NCBI RefSeq assembly: GCF_006345805.1
Contig: NC_043006.1
Location: 76,260,001 to 76,324,000, forward strand
Direction of reading: 5' to 3'
DNA from: Octopus sinensis
Taxonomy: Eukaryota
Length of the DNA stretch: 64,000 nt
Part shown: one piece after another, positions 1 through 13,736 of the stretch
Position numbering within the stretch: position 1 is the stretch's first letter
Layout of the letters: every line of letters begins with the position of its first letter
Made by a program: the position numbers and the translations under genes
The notes under the pieces: model-generated
Databases searched by the model: none
Told to the model about the DNA's origin: nothing
What the model saw: the letters and a program-made list of their open reading frames with translations, nothing else

Positions 1-102
1 GGCAAAGTAGACTTCAAAAGAATTTGAACTCACAACGTAAAGGCGGACGAAGTGCCGCAAAGCAATTTCCCAAATGTACTTACGTTCTATCAGCTCACAG
101 CC
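1..102 (-). mobile_element. Degraded tRNA-derived SINE (family A), cut by window edge
   Basis: Diverged match to the GGCAAAGTCGAC...GAATTTGAACTCAGAACGTAA...CAGCTCGCCGCC segment of better copies (6950-7069, 40517-40620). Confidence 0.6.
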
Positions 103-1618
103 TTAAAGATGATAGATATAATAACTATATCTATCTTATGAATCACACCATACCGTATGCAGAACAACAGGAAGCATTCAGTAATGAGTTTCGAAGTAGA
201 TTATATCTCAATAGAATAAATGCTGGTTACTGATGGAAGGCCTATTAGTTTAATCAGGGAAAAAGTTGGGGCTACACCATTATACAAATCGCATCGTCTT
301 CTGAAGCATGACTATTTACGGATTGGTTTAATGCCAATTTATTTTCGAATGCTATATATTTGGTCAATAAAAGGTACGAAATTGATAATGATATTAGATA
401 TTCAGTTTAATCTCATTCATTTTTGTTCTGTATTCTCCCTTTCACGAATATCATGTTTTACGCACTGGTGACAAATATATTAGCCAAAGTTCATAATTAC
501 AGAATCACTTTATGATTCTCTCATATCATCGTAATCATTTATTCTGATTTATAGACTCTGTCGCTTATATCTTCAATAAATTATTCTAAAGTGTTACTGG
601 TGTCCATCTTACTATATCTAATGAATTCATTAAACACATCGATTACGTTAATTACTTATGCAATAGAATAAGATTAATAGAATTAGAATCAATGAAAGAC
701 GGATAAATCCAATATTTCTAACGTGAATAAGGAAGCAATGAATTCATACTTTTCTTATTGAATGTTTGTATTGTCAATTCAAATTCATAACATTACAAAC
801 ATTATTTGATGTATACCAAGGCTGAATATATTCTGAACGATATCGATTTTTTAATTGCATAGAGATGAATATATTGGGTGTTATTTGGGGCTGTTATTTA
901 AAAACTATTGAATACATTACACACAATTCTTATCTTAAAGATACAGGACTGTTCACATGATATGTTCGGTGTATAATTCAAAGTTTTTCAACATGTGAAA
1001 CACAGGATTGCGCATTATTTAAATCAATCACACAACACACACAGATATATGACGCACGAGTATTTACGAAACAAAGAGTGGTGTGTATGCTCAGGTCTAA
1101 TGTATTTTTGTTATATAGTAAAATGTTTTTAATCCTATACTCTTAGTCAATAATAAAGAAAATGCGCGAGATTGATCTAGATTCTGATAAGAATATGTTA
1201 TCTTTAAACGATACTCCAAAAATGGAATGGACTTCTAATAGGACTCAAATACCATCGAGGTTATGTGCTTTTTGTAACAAAGCAGTCGATACCAATATAA
1301 ACTGGATTATTCTAGAATCGGTTTTAAAAATAATGATGGGAAATAAATATTCTAAAGAATTAAACTGAATTTCCGATATAATTAGTAAGTAGATTGAAGG
1401 AAAACCTCGTAAAAGTACACCAACAAATTAATGAGATAGAGATATCATGGAAGAATTTCCGAGGGTAAGCGGTTAAAATTTGGAGAAATTCCATCAGATA
1501 AAGAACAAGAAAACATAGTTTAATTGGGAGGGAAGCACACATGTGAGGCTTTCGATTTCATGGTGTATAAAAATCCATAAACAACAGTAATATATTGCTG
1601 ATATATTTCCATTACAAT

Positions 1619-1823
1619 CCTTTCTACTATAGGCACAGGGCCCGAAATTTTGGGATGGTGGGGACTAGATGATATGATCGACACCAGTGCACAACTGGTA
1701 CTTAATGTATCCACCCCGAAAGATGAAAGGCAAAGTTTACCTTTGAACTCCGAACAGAGCGACGGGCGAAATACTGCTAAGCATTACGTCCAGCGTGCTA
1801 ACGATTCTGCCAGCTCGCCGCCT
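1619..1823 (-). mobile_element. SINE family A
   Basis: Reverse complement starts GGCGGCGAGCTGGCAGAATCGTTAGCACGC (A-box-like) and has a GAGTTCAAA B-box-like motif; body matches other copies. Confidence 0.85.
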
Positions 1824-1856
1824 TACGTTCCCATTATAATATTATCGAAAGAGTCT

Positions 1857-2004
1857 TTTCGTTCAGAGCTCAAATTCCACCGTGGTAGGCTTCGCCTTTC
1901 ACCCTTTTGGGGTCGAGAAATTAAGTATCAGTTGCTTACTGGAGTCGATCTAATCGAATGGCTTCTCCCCCAAAATGTCGGGCCTTGTGCCTAGAGCGAA
2001 AAAG
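1857..2004 (+). mobile_element. 5'-truncated SINE family A with 15-bp TSD
   Basis: Body GTTCAGAGCTCAAATTCC...GGCCTTGTGCCTAG; AATATTATCGAAAGA repeated at 1838-1852 and 2005-2019. Confidence 0.8.
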
Positions 2005-2315
2005 AATATTATCGAAAGAATATATGATAGCCGTCCATCGCTTAACCATACATATTGCATTTTATTGCTACGGATTACAATACTGTAGAAGAGTAGAAAT
2101 TTCATGAAGACCTAATGGATAATGAAAGAACATAAATTGTTAATGAAAAAGTTAAATTTACAATTCGACCTAAATAAAATGCAAAGATTTGCTGACGTGC
2201 CTCTGAAATTTGGAAAAGAATAGTTAGTAAATATGGCATGTAAAAGTTAAGAACTTTTAGAATTTAGAATTCTATGTCATATTAAATTGCATATAATATT
2301 AGAATTTGCATTCAT

Positions 2316-2482
2316 GTCGGCGACCTGGCAGAACAGTTAATACGCCGGGCAAAAAAGCTTAGCGGCATTTCGTCCGTATTCTTGTTCTTAGGGTCGATAA
2401 AATAAACAACAGGTGAGCACTGGGGCGGACATAATTGACTTTCTCCTGAAACTGCCGGCCTTGTGCCAAAATCTGAAACCAT
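2316..2482 (+). mobile_element. Internally deleted SINE family A with 15-bp TSD
   Basis: Head GTCGGCGACCTGGCAGAA; TATTAGAATTTGCAT at 2297-2311 and 2483-2497. Confidence 0.8.
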
Positions 2483-2771
2483 TATTAGAATTTGCATAAA
2501 CATAGAAATTAATTATCAAACATTCGCCAAAAGTATTAACTTAGAAGTCACTCGATGGGATATGTATTAAAAGGTGATCGATTAGATTCTCCTTCACCCA
2601 CAGAAAAAATTTAAGGGAACGGATTTTGAGTTTAGTTTTGATCGGAGCGGATTATTGGACTAGATCGACCGCAGTACTTGATTGAACCTTTCTTTATCGT
2701 CACTAGTTAGCTGACATGCAAAATGGACCACATAATTTTGCAATAGAAATATACTTCAATACAGAAGAGTT

Positions 2772-2968
2772 GGTGAGCTTGCAGAATTGCTGTTAGAGTG
2801 GAGAAAATGTTTACCAGTATTTCGTCTGCCTTTAGGTTCTGCTTTCAATTAACGCCGAGGTGGACTTTGTCGGTCATCCTTTCGAATTCGAAATATTAAG
2901 TATCAGTTGATTTTTTCGACTGGGATCGATATAATCGATTAGCCTCATGTGATTATAGTAGAAAAGAT
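2772..2968 (+). mobile_element. Degraded SINE family A
   Basis: GGTGAGCTTGCAGAA head, GTATTTCGTCTGCC, CGCCGAGGTGGACTTTG and tail AGTAGAAAAGATT. Confidence 0.65.
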
Positions 2969-3149
2969 TCTACTTACAGAAGAATCAGAGAGTTTTGGAG
3001 GGAAGATTTCGAAGCACAAACATTTTTTCTTTAAATTGTCTCAAGGTGAAATAATTCGACACTATGTATGACAGCTTACACTCAGTTTTGTTTCATCATA
3101 GCCAACTTGATATTAAGCGCTGATTTCCGTTTGTCTTTTCTCTGTCTGT

Positions 3150-3152
<3 letters not shown>

Positions 3153-3218
<66 letters not shown>
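3153..3218. repeat. (CT)n microsatellite
   Basis: Pure TC dinucleotide run. Confidence 0.95.
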
Positions 3219-3221
<3 letters not shown>

Positions 3222-6200
3222 AAGATTGCAATGAAAATAGAATTTATGTTTATTATAACAATATATATTTTTCTTTGTGTTACTTTTTAGGATTTGCCGA
3301 TGAAAATATCGAATTCATATATTTAATAATTACAGAATGGAATGTTATTTAATTATTAGTTCTTATATAGTCCAGATAACTTGTTTTTATTTTAAAAGAC
3401 GAGGCCGGAGAAGAAAAGGTAGCGCTCTTGGCATAGGCATCTCCCACGCCTGGAAGGCTGATGGGAGAAACGAGGATGTTATCCTGAATTCGATAACCCT
3501 GCCGCTCATGCCTGGAACACGGCACATTGTATTCAAGTTACGAAAAGAACCTTTTTTTTTTTGCTAAGAGTGACAACGTGTTAAATACATGAATTACAGT
3601 GCCTTCCTTCCATCATGCTTCCATACAGTTTCCATCTCAAACATTTTCGCTCACACGTAATTGGTTAAGCAGAGATAGTAAATCACCCTGAGAAAAAAAA
3701 TGTTACAAATCTCTTCGCAAAGAGATCGATACTGAAAGCAAGCAGGTATTTGTAAAGTTTTTAGATTTGAAGTTTCACGTTTCATATACTGACCAACCGT
3801 AACGTAATATCATTGTCTACGCCAAGTAGTATTTGCTTTAAGTTCTTCAGTAAAGATCTTTTATTGAATGATTTCGATCTGCAAGGAACTGAAGACACAA
3901 ACAAATTTTTATACTGCAACCTAAATCATTCTTTGTTACTCTTTATTTATTTTATTCTATTTATTACTTTACGTTTCTACTTCGGAAAGCACATGAATCG
4001 GCATAAAAGAAGAAACAAATTTCATATATATGTCTCATAATTCTTTAGATCAAAGTTATTCTCATTCAAGTAAGTCGTGTGTTCAATCACTCGAAAAGGA
4101 ACAATGATAAAGAAAAAAATGTAATCTATGTCTTCTTAAATTTATTAAATTTAGACTGACGAGGAATATATTTCCAAATAATCGTTTGTACTTGGGGAAG
4201 AAGTAAAACTGTGTAGGAGTAATATTAACTTAAACTTTATATAAGCTCGCACACATACGTGCACGTACAGACATACACAACCATGCGAAAAATATACCCT
4301 TATTACGCATAAATATTCATGACAACACGCATATACATGAGTGTATGTGTGTTGTGCGTGTGTCTGGCATAAATGCATAATTGTATATATTACGCCCACA
4401 TGCACACACACGTATGTGCATGTGCATACACACGCAAAACACGCACGTCCACAAGCACACACACACACACACACACAAATATGTTTATATTTTTATGGAT
4501 AAGATGTATACCTATATTAATATATGTGTGTTTGTGTGCATATTTGTCTGTTATCGCAAGGTTTGACTACTCCTCATCCACGGAACCAAGAATAATTACT
4601 AGAATTTGAAATAAATATCGGTCTCAATATTCCATTAAAACTTTCAAATTGGTGCCACAGCACAGTCGCATTCCAATGAATGAAACCAGCAAGATAGTGT
4701 ATAAATATATACAGTTGCATGGAGTACAGACAATACTACTGCCCGAAGACGAATAAAGAATATCCATTCACTAAAAGATACAAACCACAACTAAACAGCA
4801 TATAAAAAAAACATCGATATTATACGTTTCGCCATTCGCTATGACTGCTATCTCTGGTTGTATAAAATCCCTTGTGATGAAAGTGATGTATATCTCTCTT
4901 GAAAGTTCATTAATTCTTCATTAATTTTTGTGATAGCAAATGTCAGTTACCGTCATTTCATTTTGACAGGTTTTCACAAAGTCCTTTTTACCTTTTCTTG
5001 TGTAAAAATTTGTGTCTCTTAGGTGTTTGTTACATTGTGTGATCTGACTCATGCGTTCATGCGGTAACACGAGCACACACACACGGCTACACGGAGCACA
5101 TGCACGGTCACACGAGCACACACACATAACGCATAGTCAAACGCGCGTACACACACATGCACGCGCACGTACGCACACGTTCACATAACCACACATTCCC
5201 TTCATTCTCAGTCACCCACTCTTCTATGTATGTATATTTACTGTCAAAATCCAACTTATTTAAATGGATGTGTAAATTTCGGAAAGAAACAGCTGTTTTT
5301 CGTTCGCTTGAGACTTTTCAGCAATTTTTGACTGCATATATTTGTAGCAGTTATGCACTCCAAATAGTTTAAAAGTAACATTTATTTTGGGACCGTTTCC
5401 GCAGCATTATGATAACAGTTATTGAATACTACACCAAAGCAGTATATTTAACAATAAAACAGTCATCGCATCGTCGCTAAATAAGATAATAGCTGATCAC
5501 GTAGCTCCTGCACACAACCAAAAGACTAAAGCAGGCCTAAATTCCGACGCAGCTTTCACTTTCATAGCTATTATTCTAACTCTCATATAATATATATACT
5601 GGAATGAAGCTTTGACGCGACTTACCCTCGTGACTCTTACATAATCCTCTTCAGACTTTTAATCAGTACGTTTGGAGATGTGAGCAGTGTGAGCCACAGT
5701 CTCTCAACAAAACAAACGTTTATTAGAATAACAGCCAGAAAATATAGTTTGCAAACTAATCTGTGTTCTTCAAGACGTCCACATTTCAAAATTAACAAAT
5801 GTGATAATAATTACCAAATGTGAGATGAGCAAATCTTTATATTCTCTCTACATTTTCAACAATATTTATTTCTTCTATGCCTCTACGTTTTAGAACATTC
5901 ATGTGCTATGTATGTATGTATGTATGTTTGTATGTAGTTATCTATCTATCTACTCTCACTCTCATATATATGCATATTTTAATGTAAGCAGAGGGTGTAA
6001 GACGTAAGCGATTCCATCTGCTTCCATTGAGTATTCAAACCTTAATCTTAATCCAAAGACTAGCTATACAGGGATGAGTCGAGACAACTGATTTTTAAAC
6101 ACGATGATGCACTCCGTGCTCATGTAGAACTTAAACGACAATAACCTTTATCATTTCTCTCACATGATATTCTCTATTTTGTATTTCCCAATAAATATTA

Positions 6201-6440
6201 TATTAATCTTGAAAGAATTTCAAGTTAGTTTCAGACCACCTCTACGAAATATTGTGGAAAGTATGTAGATGCGCCACTTGTTAACTAATATGGGTTGAAT
6301 ATTCTCCTATGGGTGTGTTTAAAATCTGATATGGTAAAATGTGTAGCTTCAATAAATGCGTCTGTAACCCTACATCGTTCCTACCCAGTGATGAAAATAA
6401 TTATATTAAAACACCAAATGTTGTTAAAGTTGTAACGTTT

Positions 6441-7069
6441 CTTATTTCTGTATTGGCCACAAGGGGCTACATACAGAGAGGACAAACAGGGACAGACAAA
6501 TGGATTAAGTTGATTATATCGACCTCAGTGCGTAACTGGTACTTATTTAATCGACGCCGAAAGGATGAAAGACAAAGTCGACGGTGGAATCTGAATACAG
6601 AACGTAATGGCGGACGAAATACCGCTAAGCATTTCGCCAAGCCTGCTAACGTTTCTTATTTCTTTAATGCCCACAAGGGGCTACACACAGAGGAGACAAA
6701 CAAAGACAGACAAACGGAACGGATCAAGTCGATCCCAGTGCGTAACTGGTACTTATTTAATCGACCACGAAAGGGTGAAAGGCAAAGTCGATCTCGGCGG
6801 AATTTGAACTCAGAACGTAACGGCAGACGAAATACCTATTTCTTTACTAAACCACAAGGGGCTAAACACAGAGGCATCAAACAAGGACAAACAAACGGAT
6901 TAAGTCGATTATATCGACCTCAGTGCGTAACTGGTACTTATTTAATCGACCCGGAAAGGAGGAAAGGTAAAGTCGACCTCGGCGGAATTTGAACTCAGAA
7001 CGTAGCGCCAGAAGTAATACTGCTAAGGATTTTGCACGGCATGCTAACGTTTCTGCCAGCTCATCGCCT
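6441..7069 (-). mobile_element. Trimeric SINE family A (one full plus two headless monomers) with 17-bp TSD
   Basis: Three copies of CCACAAGGGGCTA...CAGTGCGTAACTGGTACTTATTTAATCGAC; TTAAAGTTGTAACGTTT at 6424-6440 and 7070-7086. Confidence 0.9.
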
Positions 7070-8731
7070 TTAAAGTTGTAACGTTTGGCCACTTATATGT
7101 TTCGAAACACATAACTAATGCAAGCAACATTCGACTAACGCCTACTCAAAATAAGTTTCAGAAATATTCCTGAGATGCTTCATTGCACCATTACTCTAGA
7201 AAAAGTACAATTTCTGCTAGATACACTGAGGATTTACCTGGAAAGTGAAAGTTTACATTATGATTGTCTTAAACTAGATCATATTGATTAAATATGACAA
7301 ATGCATTAAAATGTAGAATAATTCAAACTCAAGATTTGACAGCGAGGGAGCAATCAGTCAGCAATATAATTTATTTAATAATTAAAATTTGTTTTGACCA
7401 ATAAATAATTGTCTAAATACAATAAGGAAAAGAAATTTATTAAAGCCATTAATTAACTCAGAAACGAGAAAAAACAGCAACACATAGCCCGGGAGATATT
7501 TAACAAAAAGAAAAGTTTAGAAATAACAAAAAGCTGATGTTATCTTCACTTTTAAATCGAATATATTATCAAGCAGAAGTAAGTTGATGGCTGAACAATC
7601 TATGTTATTATTTGAGAACCGTAACTGATTTGATAAGGATTTCCAGGCGATTAAATTGATAAGTATCAAAATATACCGTAACTTCTATTCTACGATTTCT
7701 CACTCTCTCTTCTTTTTTTTTCTTTCTCTCCCTCTATCTATCTCCTGTTTCTCTTTCCGTTTTTCTATATCTCTATATCTCTCTTAATACTCTCTTATTC
7801 TCTCTTAGTTATTTTTTGTATATATCATTGCTTGGTACCTTTCTATTATACCAATGGCCGGAAAAGTCATTCATACTTCTCACCACACCCGCTACATCGT
7901 TTTCGTCGAGGAAGAACATTAATATTTAAAATAGTAACGTTCTAGAATTGTCTGACACCAGGCCGTTGAGTACAAATGCATTAAACGATATCGAGTACAT
8001 TTGAGTTCAAACTTTACTTATTTCCTGTTATTTGTTTTTCTTTTATTTAATATAACGGGATTTTCTGTTATCGTTGTCTCTGGACATTAACAATTTATAA
8101 GAAACAGATATTGAAAAATACTCAAAAAACAGTAAAGTGTGAAAGATGTAAAACACCCTGTTTAGTTTCGACTTTCTGTGTCAAATTTTCAGTTCGGTAC
8201 ATTTCTGTTGAATATTTTATAGCAATGTATTTAGCCCATTGCAGTCGAGAACATAAGTACCAGTAATATACGTTTCATTGTTAGGTATCTGTACGTAATG
8301 ATATTTGATGAATCATTTAAGATATCGACACAGAAAGTTTCAGTCAACGAATAAAAGGAAATTCCGATGAAAGTTGACGAAAAAGCTTCTCCAATGAACT
8401 GAAATTATCTTTATTCAACTTTAAGTGTATTGGAATTGAGATGGCGAATAAAATGAAGACAATTGAGCAATTAATCTAACATTGTTTGGAACCCCCAATA
8501 TTTCAAGGATTGTTTCGAGGATGTATTACCCGTCATTCAGTGGCTTACATTCAGAAAACCTAAAATGAGTATTAATTAAGCAATTGTTCCGGAAATAAAG
8601 AGCAGTGGAAAAGTTGGACAAAGTCAGGAAACAAAAAAAATTACGATCTTGGTTTTATATTCCCTTACGGGTTTTGGCTGTAGTTTAATTACAAATCCTA
8701 AGACTAGAAGTTCTTATCCAAGTCAGCAAAG

Positions 8732-8870
8732 CAAGAAAGAGAAAGAAAGAGAGAGAGAGAGAGGGAGAGACAGTGGAGAGACATGGAGAGAGACAGAGGG
8801 AGAGAGAGGGGAAAGAGAGAGAGAGAGAGAAGAAAGTGAGAGAGAAGAAAGTGAGAGAGAAGAGAGAGAT
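8732..8870. repeat. GA-rich low-complexity tract
   Basis: Degenerate (GA)n. Confidence 0.9.
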
Positions 8871-11429
8871 AAATAAAAAAATATTTTTACTTACATTGAT
8901 AAAAACAGTATAGATATAGGGTTGTCTTTTAAATATTGCCATAAAATTAGTTGCGAGAAGGTAAGTAAAAGCCATTGTTTTGTTCAGAAAATTATGCGAA
9001 ATATAATTACAAAAGAAAGTCGAGAGTGTTGCGTCGACAAATAACCGTTGAACGTTTTTTTTTACTATTTTCTACAATTTCGATTACTAAGACAGGTAAA
9101 TTGCATCACCTCTCATATCGTACCCACGTACTTTTCTTAATATAACAAATTCATGAATCAATCAGTAAATAAGATTTATTATCCAACTTGGATTGTATGT
9201 ACACAAGATTGTATGTGTGAGAGTTGTGTTTTTACCATGAATACATTGTAGCACAGATGTCAACATAAGAATTTAGATATTTTCCGAACGCCAATACATT
9301 ATAGATATATGTAATATAGATATCATACACAATTAAATGAGCTCAAACGCACGCAAGGTTTCCGAAGAATACCAACTCTTAAAGAGTGACACCATAAACG
9401 TTAGGAATCCAGACAGAGATTTTTCTGCAAATTTCTCAAATACTATATTCAATCTATCTTTCACTAGAGACCCCCAAGCCTATTGTTGTATGTATCACTT
9501 TACAAATAAAGGAAATATTTATTATTGATACGGATACATAATTCTGTTCTGAGACAGTTTTTCGCCCTTTCGGCTTGACCTCTCCGTAATCTGTAATCAA
9601 CCCATTAATTATTAGAAACAAACTAGAGTATTTGCAATCGTCTCTTACTTTTCCACTACTATATTTAACTTGACCATAGTTGAAAGAAACCATTATTGTA
9701 TAATATATCTAACTCTAGTGTATTCGTTTGAACTTTCTTCAGACATATTATTTTAATCTGCATTAGAAAGGAAATCGAAATATTATAGAAATATCACATT
9801 TTCTTCAATATTTAATTCTGAATATATAATGAGCGAAAACTTTGAACTATTTCATATATCATGTATTTAAAACTAATCTCTGTTTTGCTCTCGATCGAGG
9901 CATTTGATAGTTAACATTTGATATTTTCTTTTGTGTTCTTTATCATTTCTTTGAAGAAAAAGAATTATATATTGGAAGAACATTTGTTCTACACCAACAG
10001 TTAGCACAGTTTTAAGTCTTCTGATAACATGAATATATTTTATATGTTTGAATGAAATTAATTCTTAAATTAACAGATACGCTGATTTACTCACATGGAA
10101 AGAATGGTACGATCGGTATTGTTGTAAATGAAATGAAATAGAGATCGGTTCCAAGCGTAGTAACATGTTCAGTCACATGGAATTTAATTCTGTCCACTAG
10201 CAGATACTTTGTAAAAATAAAGGAAACATTCATGAAGCTCCACATGGCGGGCTTGTGTACATTCAGACATAGACACATGTATACACAGGTACATGCAAAT
10301 GCAAGGACAATATAAGAGGACAAGATATAGTAAAATATGTTATCAAAATATATATTTCGTACAACGAATGTTTAAATTTCGCTATTCTAAGATTCACTGC
10401 CCCATTTGTCAAAATATACACACTCAAATTTGCTCCATTAGCGATAAGACGATAAAATATTGATTCCTGAGAAGACAATTCTCTCTTCTCCAATAGAAAT
10501 AAAGTCATTTTATCAACAACTTGCAAAGGTACACACACACACACACACACATATTTAAAGGGGAACAAATGACGAAGACGGGTGTATGAACAACAAGCAG
10601 GCGTATTAGTTTCACGCTCGGTAAAGTACAAAAGTCTGTTACGTTTCGTGCCTACGCTCTTCAACAGAAACGAATACGAGAAAATAAACAGAGACAAAAT
10701 AGAAAAACTTGTGGATTTAGCGGCCAACCAAGGCGACTGGTTAAAAAAAAGGATGGCAGGAGTGGTTAAAAGAAGGGGAGATAATAAAGTATTGGTGACT
10801 CCAAAATGAAGTTGAGCGTGCGTGTGTGTATATGTGAGAATGTGTGTGTGTGTGTTTGTGTGCTTGCGTGTTTGTGTGTGTGTGTGTTTGTGTGTGCGTG
10901 GATAGCGGCTAGTGAATTTGAAGTGCGTGGATGAGGTTACAACTTGGTTTCACCTCCTTGAAAACAAAACACCTCCTCATTCCTACAATTTGATACCAAC
11001 TATTATTACGCTTCTGTATCCCCTATTCTCCTTAACAAAGCTCTCATTCTAGCTAAAAACTTAACAATAGTAGTACGGACTCCACTTTCCTACATCACTA
11101 TAGATCCCATTCAATCTTCTACAGATCTGCACTGAAATTATCCTGCTCCTCTCCGCCCAACGTAAAATCTATTTTTACCTCATCTAATGAGCCTAAACTT
11201 AATTCCTACTACCTAAATAACGTCTACAGGCAGAGCAATCAAAATATATATTATCATAACGTAGGTCACAAAAGCCACAACTCAAACACCGACCATGATG
11301 GCATATACCACACCCGTAACCATAGCATTATAAGCAGCATAAAACAGTATACGAATATCTTCGATTCCGAGGAAGGTCAGAGTACTGCTAAAACGAATGT
11401 TACTAACAGCACTACTGCTGCTGCTTCAG

Positions 11430-11480
<51 letters not shown>

Positions 11481-11805
11481 GAAAGACTCCGCCGGTTACG
11501 ACGACGAGGGTCCCAGCTGATACGATCAACGGAACAGCTTGCTCGTGAAATTAACGTGCAAATGGCTGAGCACTGCACAGACACGTGTACCCTTAACGTA
11601 GTTCTCGGGGATAATCAGCGTGACACAGAGAGTGACAAGGCTGACCCTTTGAAATACAAGTACAACTCATTTTTGTCAGCTGAGTGGACTGGAGCAACGT
11701 GAAATAAAGTGTCTTGCTCAAGGACAAAACGCGTCGCCGGGAATCGAACTCACAACCTTACGATCATGAGCCGAATGCCCTAACCACTAAGCCACGCGCC
11801 CTCAC
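11481..11805 (-). mobile_element. tRNA-derived SINE (family B head) inserted in (CTA)n
   Basis: Reverse complement GAGGGCGCGTGGCTTAGTGGTTAGGG...GAGTTCGATTCCC (A/B boxes), body TTGCTCCAGTCCACTCAGCTG; CTA repeats on both sides. Confidence 0.9.
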
Positions 11806-11806
11806 A

Positions 11807-11840
<34 letters not shown>

Positions 11841-11859
11841 ATAATAATAATAATAATAA

Positions 11860-12068
11860 TTCTTTCTACTAATGGCACAAGGCCTGAAATTTGGGGGATG
11901 TGGATAGTTGATTTTATCGACTCCAGTGTTACACTGGTACTTAACTTATCGACCCGAAAGGATGAAAGGCAAAGTCGACCGCGGTAGAATTTGGAATGAG
12001 AAGGTTGCGGCAGACGAAATACCGCTAAGCATTTCGCCGGTCGTGCTAACGATTCTACCAGCGCGCTG
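11860..12068 (-). mobile_element. SINE family A
   Basis: CCGAAAGGATGAAAGGCAAAGTCGAC...GACGAAATACCGCTAAGCATTTCGCC. Confidence 0.85.
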
Positions 12069-12072
12069 TCTT

Positions 12073-12110
12073 AGTAGTAGTAGTAGTAGTAGTGGTAGTA
12101 GTAGTAGTAA

Positions 12111-12152
<42 letters not shown>

Positions 12153-12256
12153 AAGTAGTAATAGTAGAAGTAGTGGTAGTAGAAGTAGTGGTAGAAGTAA
12201 TTGTAGAAGTAGAAGTAGAAGTAGTAGTCGTAGAAGTAGTAGTAGTAGTAGTAGTA

Positions 12257-12305
<49 letters not shown>

Positions 12306-12342
12306 GCAATAATTCTAATAATAATGATAAAAATAATAATAA
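12073..12342. repeat. Compound (AGT)n/(AAT)n microsatellite
   Basis: Trinucleotide runs; source of the poly-S/V/N/Y/T ORFs. Confidence 0.95.
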
Positions 12343-13568
12343 ACAAGCAACCCACGTAGAGCAAATAGCTGCAACTGCCAATCCGGGACCGATTGTCTGC
12401 TGCAGGCCCATTCTAGAATGTTTAACGCGGTATATAATTGTATTGTCCACAACATATTGCACAATTCTACTAACCATTACTTCGGGTCTACTATTAATTT
12501 AATCAGAGATATTCTCTTCATCTTAAGTTATTTAAATATGAAGGGCATAGCAAATCCACGTCCCTAGCCAACCACATATACCAGTTGGTAAATACCATAT
12601 AGGATAACCTGATCTATAATAAATTCTGTTGCTTTATACTAAGGCCAGCGCTCCACATGTGGATTGTGCCTTAAGAAAGCCCTCCAAATAGTAATTCATG
12701 ATTCACCAGAACTACTCAATAAACAGAACGAAGCATTCTCTACATGTAAACATAAGTTCTATCGCACCTTTAGATTCTTCCACAGGTTCAAATGCAAGCA
12801 AAATCAACACATATAACACTTGCCTATATGCATCCACAGTTGTTACAATAAACATACATTTTTCTTTTCTTTCGTCTATCAGTATAAGTATCTTAGAAGC
12901 TAGCTTAGCAGCAATAGCATTTTAAAATTTTAATCTATAATTTTAAATTGTTAACTTTTTTTTTCATCTTATATGTGTTTAATATTTTATCTTTTTGTCT
13001 TTTATCAATTTCATTGTATTTTTAATCCTATATATACTCCCTTAAGTTAAATAACTATTTTAATCTATTTTTAGCTATCCTTACAGACTACTGAAATAAC
13101 AATTCTCTCGAATTTAGAATTCATCTATTTAATTAATAGCCATAAAAGCCGTCCTCCCCCACTTTATCAAAACCTTAATGCATGGCCTCTCACATCGAAC
13201 CGACCCTAATAAATAATACTGGCATCTTAGATTTATCTTTATGTTTGATTCTATTCTACATTTGCTCTCATTCATTCTTTCCCGCGCCTTTCTTATACCT
13301 TTCATTTCTCATTTTCTTTACTCTCTCTTCTATTCAATCACTCACAACCCATATCTGTTTATCATGATGTCTGTCTTTTTCACACTATATACATACGTGG
13401 GCCATTTTCATACGATCTAACCATTTAATCGATTCCTTCAAAATGAACTCAATATTCAAAATACTGCCAAAATACTGCTTGGATTTACATGGGATTATAC
13501 ACATACCTCTGCCTCCATACCCACAAGAAGAAGACGAGCTGTGAACTTTATTCTCCAGTCAGTATTCT

Positions 13569-13648
<80 letters not shown>

Positions 13649-13736
13649 CTGTTTTAATCGTTATTCCGCTATCAACTATTTAATTCCTTTACAAAATGTG
13701 AATTCCTTATCTAGAACTTTCATACATACTCACCTT

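Noticed and set aside
1240-1330. RTQIPSRLCAFCNKA as a Pif1 helicase motif
   Set aside because: Lacks the KSQG core; similarity too weak.
3435-3513. HDV-like ribozyme (TCCTCGTT loop on minus)
   Set aside because: P1, P3 and P1.1 pairings could not be built; kept only as a generic structure.
6066-6290. Mariner remnant (TACAGGG start, KHDDALRAH)
   Set aside because: No partner TIR or further motifs found.
6339-6992. 217-aa ORF with internal repeats
   Set aside because: Antisense read-through of the SINE trimer.
9548-9590. GCCGAAAGGGCGAAA hairpin on minus as a hammerhead
   Set aside because: No CUGANGA core upstream.
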